From: an uncultured Gemmatimonas sp.
GTDB taxonomy: Bacteria > Gemmatimonadota > Gemmatimonadetes > Gemmatimonadales > GWC2-71-9
Assembly: GCA_964439025.1 (NCBI GenBank)
Contig: CAYTMW010000005.1
Location: 90,671-154,670 of the forward strand
DNA: 64,000 nucleotides
Direction of reading: 5' to 3'
Part shown: positions 7,402-17,548 of the stretch, piece by piece
Numbering within the stretch: the first letter of the stretch is position 1
Layout of the letters: every line of letters starts with the position of its first letter
Translations under genes and position numbers: made by a program
The notes under the pieces: model-generated
Told to the model about the DNA's origin: nothing
The model's input: the letters and a program-made list of their open reading frames with translations, nothing else
Databases searched by the model: none

Positions 7402-9897
7402 TCACTCCGCGCGCAGGGTGATGAGCGGGTCAACCCGAGTGGCGCGCCGCGCCGGCACGATCAGAGCCAGCAGTGCCACCATGCCCAGCACAAGCAACAG
7501 GGCTCCGTAGACCCTCGGCTCCGTCGGCTTGACCCCATACAGCAAGGATTCCAGCAGCCGGTTCAGGGCCAGCGCCCCGAGCAGGCCGGCGGCGAGCCCG
7601 GCAGCCGCGACGGCCAGCCCCTCGCGCACCACCATCCAGGCAATCGTGCCCGGACCGCCGCCGATTGCGATGCGAATGCCGATCTCCCGGCTCCGCTCAC
7701 TTACCGAGTGTGCGATCACCCCGTAGATGCCCAGCGCGGCGAGCCCGAGCGCCAGGATCGCAAAGGCCGAGAGCAGGCCGGCGTTGAACCGGGCACGGGC
7801 CCACGATCCGGTGAGCGCTTCCGCCATCGTCCACACGTCGAAGATCGGCAGTCCGGGCTCCGCGGCGCTCATCGCCGCGCGAACCCCCGCCACGACGGCG
7901 AGCGGATCGCCTTCGGTCCGAGCCACCAGGGTGCGCCATGCGTAGGTGAACTGCAGGTACGGGGTGTAGAAGCTTGCCTGGCCTTCCGCGCGTTCGATCG
8001 ATCCGTAGGGCACATCTCCCACCACTCCGATGATCTCGGCGCTCGAATCGGGACTCGAAAAGGTGCTCCCTCCGCCAAACCAGACCCGCCGGCCGATAGG
8101 GTCCTCACCGGGCCAGAACATTTGCGCCGCGGTGCGGTTGATGATGGTGACGTGCGGCGCACCGGCGCGATCGGCCGCCGTGAAGGCTCGCCCGCGGAGC
8201 ACCGGAATTCCGAGGGTCCGGAAGTGGTCGGGGCCCACATAGTGACGGGTGACCGGAGGAGCCCGGCCGGGATCCGGCAGCGGACGGCCGGCAATGTAGA
8301 GGGTGCTGTTCGCGTACCGGTCGTCAAACGGGGTGCCGGCGTCGACCGACACGGAGATAATGCCGGGCACGGCGGAGACGTGTTGCAGCACGCGCTCGAT
8401 CAGGGCGGGGGCGCGGTCCGCCGAATAGCGGGCGTCGGACGGCTCGATCCGGAATGTGAGGAGCCCGGCCGGCTCGAATCCGCGGTCGACCGCGACCATG
8501 CGGCGGAAACTCTCCACAATCAGGCCGGCGCCGATGCACAGCATGAGCGCCAGCGCCATTTCGCCCACGATGATGAGCCCGCGGAGCTGGGGACGCCGGA
8601 GCGAGAGTGCCCTGACCGCGCCGGGGCCGCGACCGCCCCTCAGCTCCGCGGTCAGGTCCGTCCGTGTGGCACGGAGCGCGGGCAGCAGACCGAACAGGAC
8701 GGTGGTCCCGAGGGCCAGGAGCAGCGCCATTCCTAATACGGCAGGATCCAGCCGCGCGGCGGCGAACTCACCCAGCGAGCCATAGCCGCCGCGGGGACCG
8801 ATGGCGCGCTCCGGTACCGCCAGCCATTTGAGGATCAGGGCCGCGAGCAGCACCCCTCCGACGCCGCCCGCGCCGGCCAGCACCACGCTCTCCGTGAGAA
8901 GCTGCCGGACCAGCCTTGGCCGGCCGACGCCGAGCGCGAGCCGGACGGCGATCTCGCGGCGCCGGGCCACCGCCCGCCCGAGCTGGAGACTGGCCAGGTT
9001 TGCCGCGGCGACCAGCAGGAGGAAGATCGCGCCGCCGAAGAGGACCAGCACCGCGCGGCGATTGACGGGGTCGATGCGCGCCTCGTCGAGCGGGACAGCG
9101 GTGGCGGCAAAAGTCGCCGGAACATCGGTGGCGCTGGGCAGTTCGGCCTGGATCCTTGCGCCGAGGACGGCCAGCTCGACCTGCGCCCCCTTCGGCGTCA
9201 CCCCCTCTCGCAGCCGCGCGATCACGCTCATGAAATTCTGGTTGGTGGTGAGGTACTCCCGATAGCTGAGCGTGGGCGCCATCGCAACGGGAGTCCAGAT
9301 CTCGGCCTTGCCGGTCAGTCCCTTGAATCCCTCCGGCATGACGCCCACGATGGTGAGCGGCACTCCTTCCAGGGTGATGGTCCGCCCTACGGCGGCCCGG
9401 TCGCCCGCAAACCGCCGCTGCCACAGCTCGTATCCGAGCACGACGGCGGGATGCGCGCCGGGGATCGAGTCCTCTTCGGGAAGAAAGGTTCGGCCGATCA
9501 GCGCCCGTGCGCGCAGCGTGGGGAAGTAGCCGGCCGAGACCTTCTCGCCGGCCAGCCGCTCCGGTTCGGGCCCATCGGTCAGATTGGTGCTGGCCGGGCC
9601 GAAGCTTCCAATGTCGCTGAAGACCCGCTGCTCCCGGCGCAACATCTGATAGCGTGGGAAGGACCAGCGCTGCCGCTGGGCGCGGCCGCCGTCCACCGTT
9701 CGGGTGATATAGGGCAGCATCAGGCGATCGGCCTGGGCGAACGGAGGCGGCCGGAACAGAGCGCCGTAGACCACGCTGTACACCGCGGTAGTGGCGCCGA
9801 TGGCGAGCGTGAGAGTCCCCACCGCGATGGCGGCGAACAGGCGACTCCGCGCCAAGGCGCGGAGCGCAAAGCGAAGGTCCTGCAGCAGGCCGTCCAT
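7402..9897 (-). CDS. ABC permease, ADOP-type duplicated MacB/FtsX permease
   Basis: MDGLLQDLRFALR, REIAVRLALG, EIGIRIAIG, PARRATRVDP. Confidence 0.93.
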   Translation of the reverse strand: MDGLLQDLRFALRALARSRLFAAIAVGTLTLAIGATTAVYSVVYGALFRPPPFAQADRLMLPYITRTVDGGRAQRQRWSFPRYQMLRREQRVFSDIGSFGPASTNLTDGPEPERLAGEKVSAGYFPTLRARALIGRTFLPEEDSIPGAHPAVVLGYELWQRRFAGDRAAVGRTITLEGVPLTIVGVMPEGFKGLTGKAEIWTPVAMAPTLSYREYLTTNQNFMSVIARLREGVTPKGAQVELAVLGARIQAELPSATDVPATFAATAVPLDEARIDPVNRRAVLVLFGGAIFLLLVAAANLASLQLGRAVARRREIAVRLALGVGRPRLVRQLLTESVVLAGAGGVGGVLLAALILKWLAVPERAIGPRGGYGSLGEFAAARLDPAVLGMALLLALGTTVLFGLLPALRATRTDLTAELRGGRGPGAVRALSLRRPQLRGLIIVGEMALALMLCIGAGLIVESFRRMVAVDRGFEPAGLLTFRIEPSDARYSADRAPALIERVLQHVSAVPGIISVSVDAGTPFDDRYANSTLYIAGRPLPDPGRAPPVTRHYVGPDHFRTLGIPVLRGRAFTAADRAGAPHVTIINRTAAQMFWPGEDPIGRRVWFGGGSTFSSPDSSAEIIGVVGDVPYGSIERAEGQASFYTPYLQFTYAWRTLVARTEGDPLAVVAGVRAAMSAAEPGLPIFDVWTMAEALTGSWARARFNAGLLSAFAILALGLAALGIYGVIAHSVSERSREIGIRIAIGGGPGTIAWMVVREGLAVAAAGLAAGLLGALALNRLLESLLYGVKPTEPRVYGALLLVLGMVALLALIVPARRATRVDPLITLRAE

Positions 9898-9958
9898 TGT
9901 GGTACTTCCTGGGATGCCGGTGGGCCCCCGAGGGTTGAGCACCGGCGGGTCCTCCGGG

Positions 9959-10731
9959 CTAGCGGATCAGCTCCCGGACCCGGCGCTCCAGAAAATGCCG
10001 ATCGGGCTCCAGGTTCGTCAGGGCGGGCGCGCGTTGGTAGGAGGCGATAGCCTCCTGGGCCCTTTCCAGACGCCGGCAGAGATCGGCCCGGGCCGGGTGC
10101 GCCAGGCGATAGTCGCCGAGCTCGCCGCGGGCGAGGATCGTGTCAATGAGCGCCAGGCCCGCTGCCGGCCCGTCACGCATCGCAATGGCGGTGGTGCGAT
10201 TGAGCTCGATCACCGGCGGGGGCTCGGCGCGCAGCAGCACGTCGTAAAGTCCGGCGATCTGGCGCCAGTCGGTATCGGTCGAGCTTCTCGCCTCGGCGTG
10301 CACGGCGGCAATGGCGGCCTGCAGCGTGTACGGCCCGAAGCGGCGCGACGAGAGGGCGCGCTCGACCAGCGCGTGGCCCTCCACGATCTGCTCGAGATTC
10401 CAGAGCGACCGGTCCTGGTCGTCCAGCAGAACGATCGCATCGTCCGATGACGTGCGCGCCGCGCATCATGCAGCAGCATGAGTGCCAGGAGACCCACGGC
10501 CTCGGGCTCGACGGCGGGAGCAACACCGTCTCCCAATCGCTCGGCGATGGTCGTGAGCGAGGCGCGCGGATTATTCGGGACGCCTGTCTCCGGCCAGCGC
10601 TCCACTGCCGCCGCAGAGGCCTCATGCCGCGCCTCCTCGGCGAGATCGAAATCGCCGAGGAGACGAATGAGGGTCGCGAGAATCCGGCGCGACTCGGTGC
10701 GATAGATCTCTTCGAGGACCCTACTGGGCAT
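9959..10731 (-). pseudogene. Degraded ECF42-like RNA polymerase sigma factor with C-terminal extension
   Basis: Region 2 start (RILATLIRLLGDFDLAEEA..WP..GVP) jumps to EPEAVGLLALMLLH. After a frameshift it continues DQDRSLW...GPYTLQAAIAAVH...TDWRQI..LY. Region 4 is missing. Confidence 0.8.
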
Positions 10732-10960
10732 CGAACTCCATGATGGGACGCACCTCGACCGCACCCATCCGGGCCCCGGGATTCTTCGCGGCCACCTGGA
10801 TGGCGTCGTTCAAATCCTTGGCCTCGATGAGGTAATATCCCCACCCGAACCGTCATCGCCGTCTGGGTGGGCTGCAGCGCCTCCCCGCCCAGGAGGTGGC
10901 CGCTCGACTTGATCCCGTCGGTAAAGGCGAAGTACTCCCCCCAGGATCGCATCGGCTTGC
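10721..10960 (-). pseudogene. Degraded YCII/DGPF-family protein
   Basis: SGHLLGGEALQPTQTAMTVRV is joined out of frame to GYYLIEAKDLNDAIQVAAK..ARMGAVEVRPIMEF. The DGPF motif is deleted and no start was found. This family is the usual upstream partner of ECF42. Confidence 0.75.
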
Positions 10961-11002
10961 TCCTTCGGCGTCGTCCGGAGGGGTCCGGATTCGACAACGC
11001 GA

Positions 11003-14000
11003 TCAGGGAGCCTCGTTCCGGCCGGCGGCAACCGTCACCTTGAACGGGAGGTCGTCGGCGCCGACGACCCGATCTTCGGCCGGGTCGATGAATAATTTCA
11101 CCTCGCGGGTGTCCCTGGCGTCAATAACCCGCTCAAACCGGACCCGGCCTTCCGGACCTCCGGTGCGCACCCGGACCCGGGCCTGCGCTTTGTTGAGACG
11201 CTCGAACTCGACCACATCCTTCGTACCGTCGTCGGCACCATAGACCTCGAGCGTTCGCGCCAACAGCTGGTAGTAGTCCTCGGCATACGCGGCCAACCGG
11301 TCGCGGCGAGCCTTAAGCGCGCGAACCAGGGGCTCGCGTTCCAGCGCCAGGTATGGCGGAGGCAACGCCCCAACCGCGCGCTCGATGACCGAGTCGGACA
11401 ATGCCGACTGGACCTCCCGCGCCACCCGGACGAAATCGTCCCGGCCGAGGCGATTGAGCACCCGATGGTCGATCCGGGTTGCCGACTCCGCCAATCGCTC
11501 GACAGGCGGAAGCTCGTCGGAAAACCCCACGTAGCGGGGCAGCAGCCATCGAGAGATTCGCGCGACGGCCCCATCCGTCCGCGCAAAGGACCAATCGCGG
11601 TCCTGGGGAATCGGGCGCCAGTGGGTCTGACCACTGACGCGGCGCCGGCCCCAGCGCCACTGCCGCTCGTGCCGGTCCCAGTCGCCCACCAGCATGTCGA
11701 GAAACCGGATCCGGAGGTAGTACTCGTCGTCGAAGGAGCTAGCCGGATCAACCCTGACGGAGTCGAACACCTCCTCGCCACCGATGATCCTGCTGTACCC
11801 TGCGAAGCCGGGCCGGTCGCTCTTGCGCTCGTTGGCGTTGACGCTCATCAGCCCCACCCGCCCCGCGAAGACCGTCCGATATCGCCCGAGGCTGGCTTCG
11901 TTGGGCATCACCACGGCGACAGGACGGGGAGCGGCGATTCCCAGAGCCTCCTGCAGCGCGGACACCACGACGGCCCCGAGTGGAAATTGCGCGGCCATCT
12001 GATCGTCCAGGGCGGAGAGAATCCACTTGGCGCGAATCCACCTGGGGAGCACGGGAGCCGCATTCTTAACGACAGGGCGGAAGTCGTACTCGAGACCATT
12101 TCCGCCGAGGAAGCGAAGCCCCACCGTCTGCTTGCCGCCGATGAGCTCACGGGGCGCAAGACCGCCGCCGACCTTCTCCAGATCCACTACCGGGAGGCTT
12201 ACCGGGACGTTCCAGAGATGCCGGTTGAGATCGCCGGCAAAGACCCGTCGCAGCTTCCCCGCCGGATAGGTCCGGCCCGGCGTTGCCGTGACAGAATCAG
12301 CGCCTTCGAGGAGCATGCGGGGCGGAACCGCCGCGGGGGCGAACTCGATATCCTCGGGTTCCTTTTCTGCGACGATGGCCGCGGGGACGTCCTTGGTCTC
12401 CGGCTCGGTCCACCATGGCGTTCCGGGAGCCATGGTATCGGGAGAGACGGGGATGAGCTCGCGCGGCGCCTTGGACGGCCCGAGGAGCGATGCCGAGTAG
12501 ACGATCTTGAACGCACTCTGGCCGCTGGCCATGCACGTGGCGATCTCCGCGTCGGTGCCGGCGCACGCCAGGAATTCTTTCTTCCCTGCCACCACGAAGA
12601 GATCGACGCCGTCGTCCTTTCGGAACACCAGCATCATGTAGCCCGGCTCGGCCTCGCCAAAGACCAGACCGGGCCCCATCTGCAGCGAGGAGACCTTGCT
12701 CCCGGCGCCGCTCACCAGGACGAAGCGGGGATCGGCGTCGTCGGCTCCGGTCAGCACCTGCAGCGAATGGTCGTGTCCGCCGGCGTAGATCAGCGGCGGC
12801 TTGTGGCTCGCCTCGAACGTTTGCCGGAGTCCCGCGAGGAGGGCATCGTAGGGAGGCGAATTGAGATCCTGCACCAGCGCCCCGGCCTGCTTCAGCACAT
12901 ACGCAATGCCCAGGGTGTGGTAGCCCGGCATGACCGCCCCATGGGGGCCGGCGGAGTAATAGGGATGATGGGCCACCAGGATGACTTCCCGGTCGCGCGC
13001 CCCGTTCAGCGCTTTCATGAGCCGCTCGAAGTACTGGACCCGCTGCGCCGGCGAACGCACCTGGAGAAACCAGTGGGTATCGAAGAAGGCAATGCGCACG
13101 TTGCGGCGGAGATCGCGCACGACCGGCCCCGGATCACCGGGACTGGGCAGCAGCGAGACGTAGCGGCCGGCCTTTCTGCCCGCGACGAGCTGCTCTCCCA
13201 GATTCTGGATGCGGTGGAATCCCGCTTCGCCCACCGTGTTTGCCCAATCATGGTTGCCGGTGACGAAGAGACCAACGGTGCCGTGCTTCCGGGCGGCCGG
13301 GCCTGCCACGAGATCAATCTGGCTCCACAACTGCAGGGAGTCCGCTTCGAAACTGGGGTCGTCGCGGTCATGCACGCCCTGCGGGTAGACGTTGTCGCCG
13401 AGAAAGAGGATCGACACCGCCGAATCACGTCGGAGGGCGGCCGACCACTGCTCCACCTCGGCCTGGATCGCCGGAAGTATCGGGGTCCGGTTCTTGAGTG
13501 CTGCGCCGGCGTCGCCCAGAAGGAACACCACCGCATCCACATTCTTCGGGTCGGGCACGGGAACCGGCGTCGCCTTGGGAAACTCCAGGGGACTGATGTC
13601 CAGCAGATTGGTGGCGCCGAACACACCGAACCCGAAGAGTCCCAGAATGGCCACCACACCGGCCGATGCGGTGATCAGTGGATTCCGCGGTGTACGGCGG
13701 ATCCGGAGCGAAGCGAGGCAGCCCGCAACCAGGCCGATGGCGCCGCCGATGACGGCGCCCGCCCACGGCCCGGCGCTGTCGCGCCACGCGATCGATCCGA
13801 GGATGCTCCCCGCGATCACGCCGACGACGAGTCCCCCGATTCCGCAGATGGTGGCCCAGCCCACCCCATGGGATCTGCGATGATGAAGCCGGTATCCCGC
13901 CCACGCGCCCAGAGGAATCGGAATCAGATCCCAGCGAAACGCCAGCAGATCTTCCATCGCGAAGATGTACGAATTGAAGCGGGCTTCCAGGACGACCAGC

Positions 14001-14158
14001 GCGAGAGTGACCATGAAGCCGACCACGGCTCCGCCGAGGGTGGCAAAGCCGGTGATGACGGCGTGCACGATGCGGTAGCGGAGGCTCCGCCGGACCGATG
14101 GTGGAGGAGCGTCTGGATCGGCTACTACGCTGGCCCCCGGCTCACGTTCCGGACTCAT
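11003..14158 (-). CDS. Membrane protein with calcineurin-like metallophosphoesterase domain plus atypical kinase-like domain
   Basis: About five N-terminal TM segments; GDAG, LGDNVY, GNHDW, HHP and GHDH motifs; then GGKQT...DMLVGDWDRHERQW...PIPQDRD. Start ATG at 14158 follows AAGGA. Confidence 0.8.
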   Translation of the reverse strand: MSPEREPGASVVADPDAPPPSVRRSLRYRIVHAVITGFATLGGAVVGFMVTLALVVLEARFNSYIFAMEDLLAFRWDLIPIPLGAWAGYRLHHRRSHGVGWATICGIGGLVVGVIAGSILGSIAWRDSAGPWAGAVIGGAIGLVAGCLASLRIRRTPRNPLITASAGVVAILGLFGFGVFGATNLLDISPLEFPKATPVPVPDPKNVDAVVFLLGDAGAALKNRTPILPAIQAEVEQWSAALRRDSAVSILFLGDNVYPQGVHDRDDPSFEADSLQLWSQIDLVAGPAARKHGTVGLFVTGNHDWANTVGEAGFHRIQNLGEQLVAGRKAGRYVSLLPSPGDPGPVVRDLRRNVRIAFFDTHWFLQVRSPAQRVQYFERLMKALNGARDREVILVAHHPYYSAGPHGAVMPGYHTLGIAYVLKQAGALVQDLNSPPYDALLAGLRQTFEASHKPPLIYAGGHDHSLQVLTGADDADPRFVLVSGAGSKVSSLQMGPGLVFGEAEPGYMMLVFRKDDGVDLFVVAGKKEFLACAGTDAEIATCMASGQSAFKIVYSASLLGPSKAPRELIPVSPDTMAPGTPWWTEPETKDVPAAIVAEKEPEDIEFAPAAVPPRMLLEGADSVTATPGRTYPAGKLRRVFAGDLNRHLWNVPVSLPVVDLEKVGGGLAPRELIGGKQTVGLRFLGGNGLEYDFRPVVKNAAPVLPRWIRAKWILSALDDQMAAQFPLGAVVVSALQEALGIAAPRPVAVVMPNEASLGRYRTVFAGRVGLMSVNANERKSDRPGFAGYSRIIGGEEVFDSVRVDPASSFDDEYYLRIRFLDMLVGDWDRHERQWRWGRRRVSGQTHWRPIPQDRDWSFARTDGAVARISRWLLPRYVGFSDELPPVERLAESATRIDHRVLNRLGRDDFVRVAREVQSALSDSVIERAVGALPPPYLALEREPLVRALKARRDRLAAYAEDYYQLLARTLEVYGADDGTKDVVEFERLNKAQARVRVRTGGPEGRVRFERVIDARDTREVKLFIDPAEDRVVGADDLPFKVTVAAGRNEAP

Positions 14159-14241
14159 GTCATTCCTTTCGCGCGAATACCCTTGCGCGCCCTCACCCCG
14201 GGCGTATCGTTCAACCCTCCCACCCCGGAGCGAGCTCGCGC

Positions 14242-14742
14242 GTGAACGCCCAGCACCCCATCGAGGTGACGGTGAACGGGACCCGCCACGCACGCGAGGT
14301 CGAGCCACGCCTGCTGCTCAGCGACTTCCTCCGGCATGATCTGGGTCTCACCGGGACCCACGTCGGGTGCGAGCACGGAGTCTGCGGTGCCTGCACCGTC
14401 CTGCTCGACGGCGAGGCGGTCCGCTCCTGCCTCATGTTCGCCGTGCAGGCCGATGGCCACGCGCTCGAGACGGTCGAAGGACTCGCCACCGGCGAGACCC
14501 TGCATCCGGTGCAGCAGGCATTTCATGAAACCCACGCCCTGCAGTGCGGGTTCTGCACGCCGGGCATCCTGATGACGCTGATTCCCTTCCTGCGTGACCA
14601 CCCCGCCCCCGCCGAATCCGACATCCGCGAGATCCTGTCGGGGCACCTCTGCCGCTGCACCGGGTACGCCAATATCGTCGCCGCCGTTCAGCGCGTCGTT
14701 CGATACGTGCCGAAGACGGGTACCGCGGGGGACGCCCGGTGA
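14242..14742 (+). CDS. (2Fe-2S)-binding subunit, CoxS/CutS family
   Basis: GCEHGVCGACT, LQCGFCTPG and LCRCTGY motifs; GTG start. Confidence 0.93.
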   Translation: MNAQHPIEVTVNGTRHAREVEPRLLLSDFLRHDLGLTGTHVGCEHGVCGACTVLLDGEAVRSCLMFAVQADGHALETVEGLATGETLHPVQQAFHETHALQCGFCTPGILMTLIPFLRDHPAPAESDIREILSGHLCRCTGYANIVAAVQRVVRYVPKTGTAGDAR

Positions 14743-17090
14743 CACTCGGGAGCTACATGGGCCAGCGCGTGCTCCGACTGGAAGACGCCAGGCTCCTCAC
14801 CGGCCGGGCACTTTTCGTGGACGATGTGGAGCTTCCGGGGATGCTCCACGTCGCCTTCCTGCGCAGCGACGATGCGCATGGCCTCATCCGGAGCATCGAT
14901 GCTTCCGCCGCCCGGGAGCGCGCCGGCGTGCTCGCGGTCTATACCGCCGCCGATCTGGGCGACTACTGGCGGCCCGGTCCCCTGCTGGTGCCGCCCCCGC
15001 CGGTGCCCGGGCTCATCTTCAATGCCGCGACGCAGGTTCCGCTGGCACGCGACAAGATCCGGCACTGCGGAGAGCCGCTGGCGATGGTGGTGGCCGAGAG
15101 CCGCTACCTCGCGGAAGATGCACTGGAAGACATCCTCGTGGACGTGGAGCCGCTCCCGGCGGTGGCGGATCTCGAGGCGGCGCTGTTGCCGGACGCTCCG
15201 CTGGTTCACGAGCAGTTCGGCAGCAACCTCGCCGCGCAGGTGCACCAGCGCAAAGGCGATTACGCCTCGGCGAAGGCCGCCGCCGCCCTCGTGGTCTCCC
15301 GCCGGTTCCACTACGACCGTGGCGCCTCGGCGGCGATCGAGAACCGGGGGGTCGTCGCGTCCTGGGATGCCCGGGCAGGCGAGCTCACCGTGTGGGACAC
15401 GACCCAGGCGCCGATCCCGATCCGGAATGGGCTCGCGGCGATGCTCGGTCTGGGCGAATCGCAGGTGCGAGTGATCGCCCCTTTCATCGGTGGCGGCTTC
15501 GGGCCCAAGATCATGATGTTCTACCCGGAGGAAGTGCTGATCCCCTGGGCCGCGATGCGGCTGGGCCGCCCGCTCAAGTGGATCGAGGACCGCCGGGAGA
15601 ACTTCTACGCGACCACCCAGGAGCGGGGACAGATCCACGATGCCGAGCTCGCCGTCTCCAGCGATGGCACAATCATCGGCGTGTGCGACAGGTTTCTGCA
15701 CGACACGGGAGCCTACGATCCCTACGGGCTCACCGTTCCGATCAACAGCCAGTGCACCCTGCTCGGGCCGTACGTCGTGCCGCACTACGACAGCGAGTTC
15801 AAAGCGGTCTTCACCAACCGGCCGATCGTCACGCCGGTGCGCGGCGCCGGCCGCCAGCACGGCGTGTTCGTGATGGAGCGGCTGCTCGACCTCGCGGCCC
15901 GCGAGCTCGGGATCGACCGGGTGGAGATCCGTCGCCGCAATTACATCCAGCCGGACGCCTTTCCCTACGACCACGAGATCCTCTTCCAGGATTTTCGCCC
16001 GCTGGTGTACGACAGCGGCAATTATCCCGCGGCGCTCGAGAAGGCGGTGGCGATGATCGGGTATGAGGAGTTCGTGCGGGAGGAACAGCCACGCCTCCGG
16101 CGCGAAGGGCGACATGTCGGCATCGGGGTGGTGTCGTACATCGAAGGCACCGGCATCGGACCATACGAAGGGGCGCGGGTGACGGTCGAGCCGAGCGGCA
16201 TGGTCCGGGTTGCGACGGGTGTCGGCACCCAGGGACAGGGACACTTCACCACCTTCGCGCAGCTCGTCGCCGAACAGCTTGGCGTGGACGTCGCGAACGT
16301 CCAGGTCACCACCGGCGACACGCGGGACTTCAACTGGGGAACCGGAACCTTTGCCAGCCGGGGCGCCGTCGTGGCGGGCAGCGCCTGTCACACCGCGGCG
16401 CTCAAAGTGCGCGCGAAAGTGCTCGCGCTCGCCGCGCCGCTGCTGGGAGTGCAGGAAGACGACCTCGAGCTCAGCAGCGGACGGGTGGCAGTGCGCGGGG
16501 CGCCCGAGCGCGGCATTGGTCTCGGGGAGCTGGCGCGCAAGGCCAATCCGCTCCGCGGCGCGGTCACGCCGGGCACCGAGCCGGGTCTCGAAGCCACCGC
16601 CTATTTCGGTCCCGATCGCGGCAACGCGGCGAGCGGTGTGCACGCCATACGGGTCGAGGTCGATCCCGAAACCGCTACAGTGGAAATCACGCGATACGTC
16701 GTGGTGCACGATTGCGGCAGGGTCATCAATCCGATGGTGGTCGAAGCCCAGGTGCAGGGCGGGGTGGCCCACGGCATCGGCAACGCGTTCTACGAGCAGC
16801 TGATCTTCGACGAGAACGGCCAGCTCATGAACGCCTCCTTCATGGATTATCTCCTGCCGACCGCGCTCGACGTGCCCACGGTTGAGCTGGCCCACATCGA
16901 GACGCCCTCCCCGCTCAATCCTCTCGGCGTCAAGGGAGTGGGCGAGGCCGGAGCCATCCCCACCGGGGCGGCGTTCGCCCAGGCGGTGGAGGATGCATTG
17001 TGGGGCACCGGAGTCGAAATCACCGAGATCCCGCTGAGCCCGAGCCGGCTCCATGAGCTCATCGCGCAGGCACGTAGAGCCGCCCGATGA
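14739..17090 (+). CDS. Molybdopterin-binding large subunit, xanthine dehydrogenase/CoxL-like family
   Basis: RLEDARLLTG, GGGFGPK, PVRGAGR active-site loop, QGQGH, QGGVAHGIG, GVKGVGEAG. Confidence 0.93.
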   Translation: MTLGSYMGQRVLRLEDARLLTGRALFVDDVELPGMLHVAFLRSDDAHGLIRSIDASAARERAGVLAVYTAADLGDYWRPGPLLVPPPPVPGLIFNAATQVPLARDKIRHCGEPLAMVVAESRYLAEDALEDILVDVEPLPAVADLEAALLPDAPLVHEQFGSNLAAQVHQRKGDYASAKAAAALVVSRRFHYDRGASAAIENRGVVASWDARAGELTVWDTTQAPIPIRNGLAAMLGLGESQVRVIAPFIGGGFGPKIMMFYPEEVLIPWAAMRLGRPLKWIEDRRENFYATTQERGQIHDAELAVSSDGTIIGVCDRFLHDTGAYDPYGLTVPINSQCTLLGPYVVPHYDSEFKAVFTNRPIVTPVRGAGRQHGVFVMERLLDLAARELGIDRVEIRRRNYIQPDAFPYDHEILFQDFRPLVYDSGNYPAALEKAVAMIGYEEFVREEQPRLRREGRHVGIGVVSYIEGTGIGPYEGARVTVEPSGMVRVATGVGTQGQGHFTTFAQLVAEQLGVDVANVQVTTGDTRDFNWGTGTFASRGAVVAGSACHTAALKVRAKVLALAAPLLGVQEDDLELSSGRVAVRGAPERGIGLGELARKANPLRGAVTPGTEPGLEATAYFGPDRGNAASGVHAIRVEVDPETATVEITRYVVVHDCGRVINPMVVEAQVQGGVAHGIGNAFYEQLIFDENGQLMNASFMDYLLPTALDVPTVELAHIETPSPLNPLGVKGVGEAGAIPTGAAFAQAVEDALWGTGVEITEIPLSPSRLHELIAQARRAAR

Positions 17091-17548
17091 TCGTCGAAGG
17101 CAGCCATCTTTTTCCCGGCCCCCGCGAAGTGGTCTGGGCGCTGCTGCTCGATCCCGAGGTTCTGGCCAAGACGATGCCGGGCAGCGCATCGATCATCCGG
17201 GTCAGCGACGATCGCTACGAGGGGACGATGGCGATAGGCATCGGTCCGATTTCCGCTGCCACCTTCGACGTCACCATCACGATGACGGACCGGGCCGAGC
17301 CGGAGCACTACACCATGCAGATCGAAGGGCGGGGTAAGTTCGGCTTCACCCGGGGAAAGGCGGCGGTGACGCTGGTTCCTGAGGGTACCGGCACGCTGAT
17401 GCGCTACCAGGCAGATCTCGTGGTCGGCGGCAAGATCGCCGCGGTCGGCCAGCGGCTCCTCGATTCGGTGAGCAAGCTGATGTTGCGGCAGGGGCTCGAG
17501 GCCATGACGCGGGAGCTCACGCGCCGGCTCGCCGGTGGTGCGGCGTGA
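17087..17548 (+). CDS. CoxG/SRPBCC family protein
   Basis: VWALLLDPEVLAKTMPG and VGGKIAAVGQRL motifs; operon context. Confidence 0.88.
   Translation: MIVEGSHLFPGPREVVWALLLDPEVLAKTMPGSASIIRVSDDRYEGTMAIGIGPISAATFDVTITMTDRAEPEHYTMQIEGRGKFGFTRGKAAVTLVPEGTGTLMRYQADLVVGGKIAAVGQRLLDSVSKLMLRQGLEAMTRELTRRLAGGAA

Noticed and set aside
14739-17090. Calling the operon an aerobic CO dehydrogenase (coxL)
   Set aside because: It lacks the AYxCSFR loop and the M-S-L order, so gene symbols were withheld.
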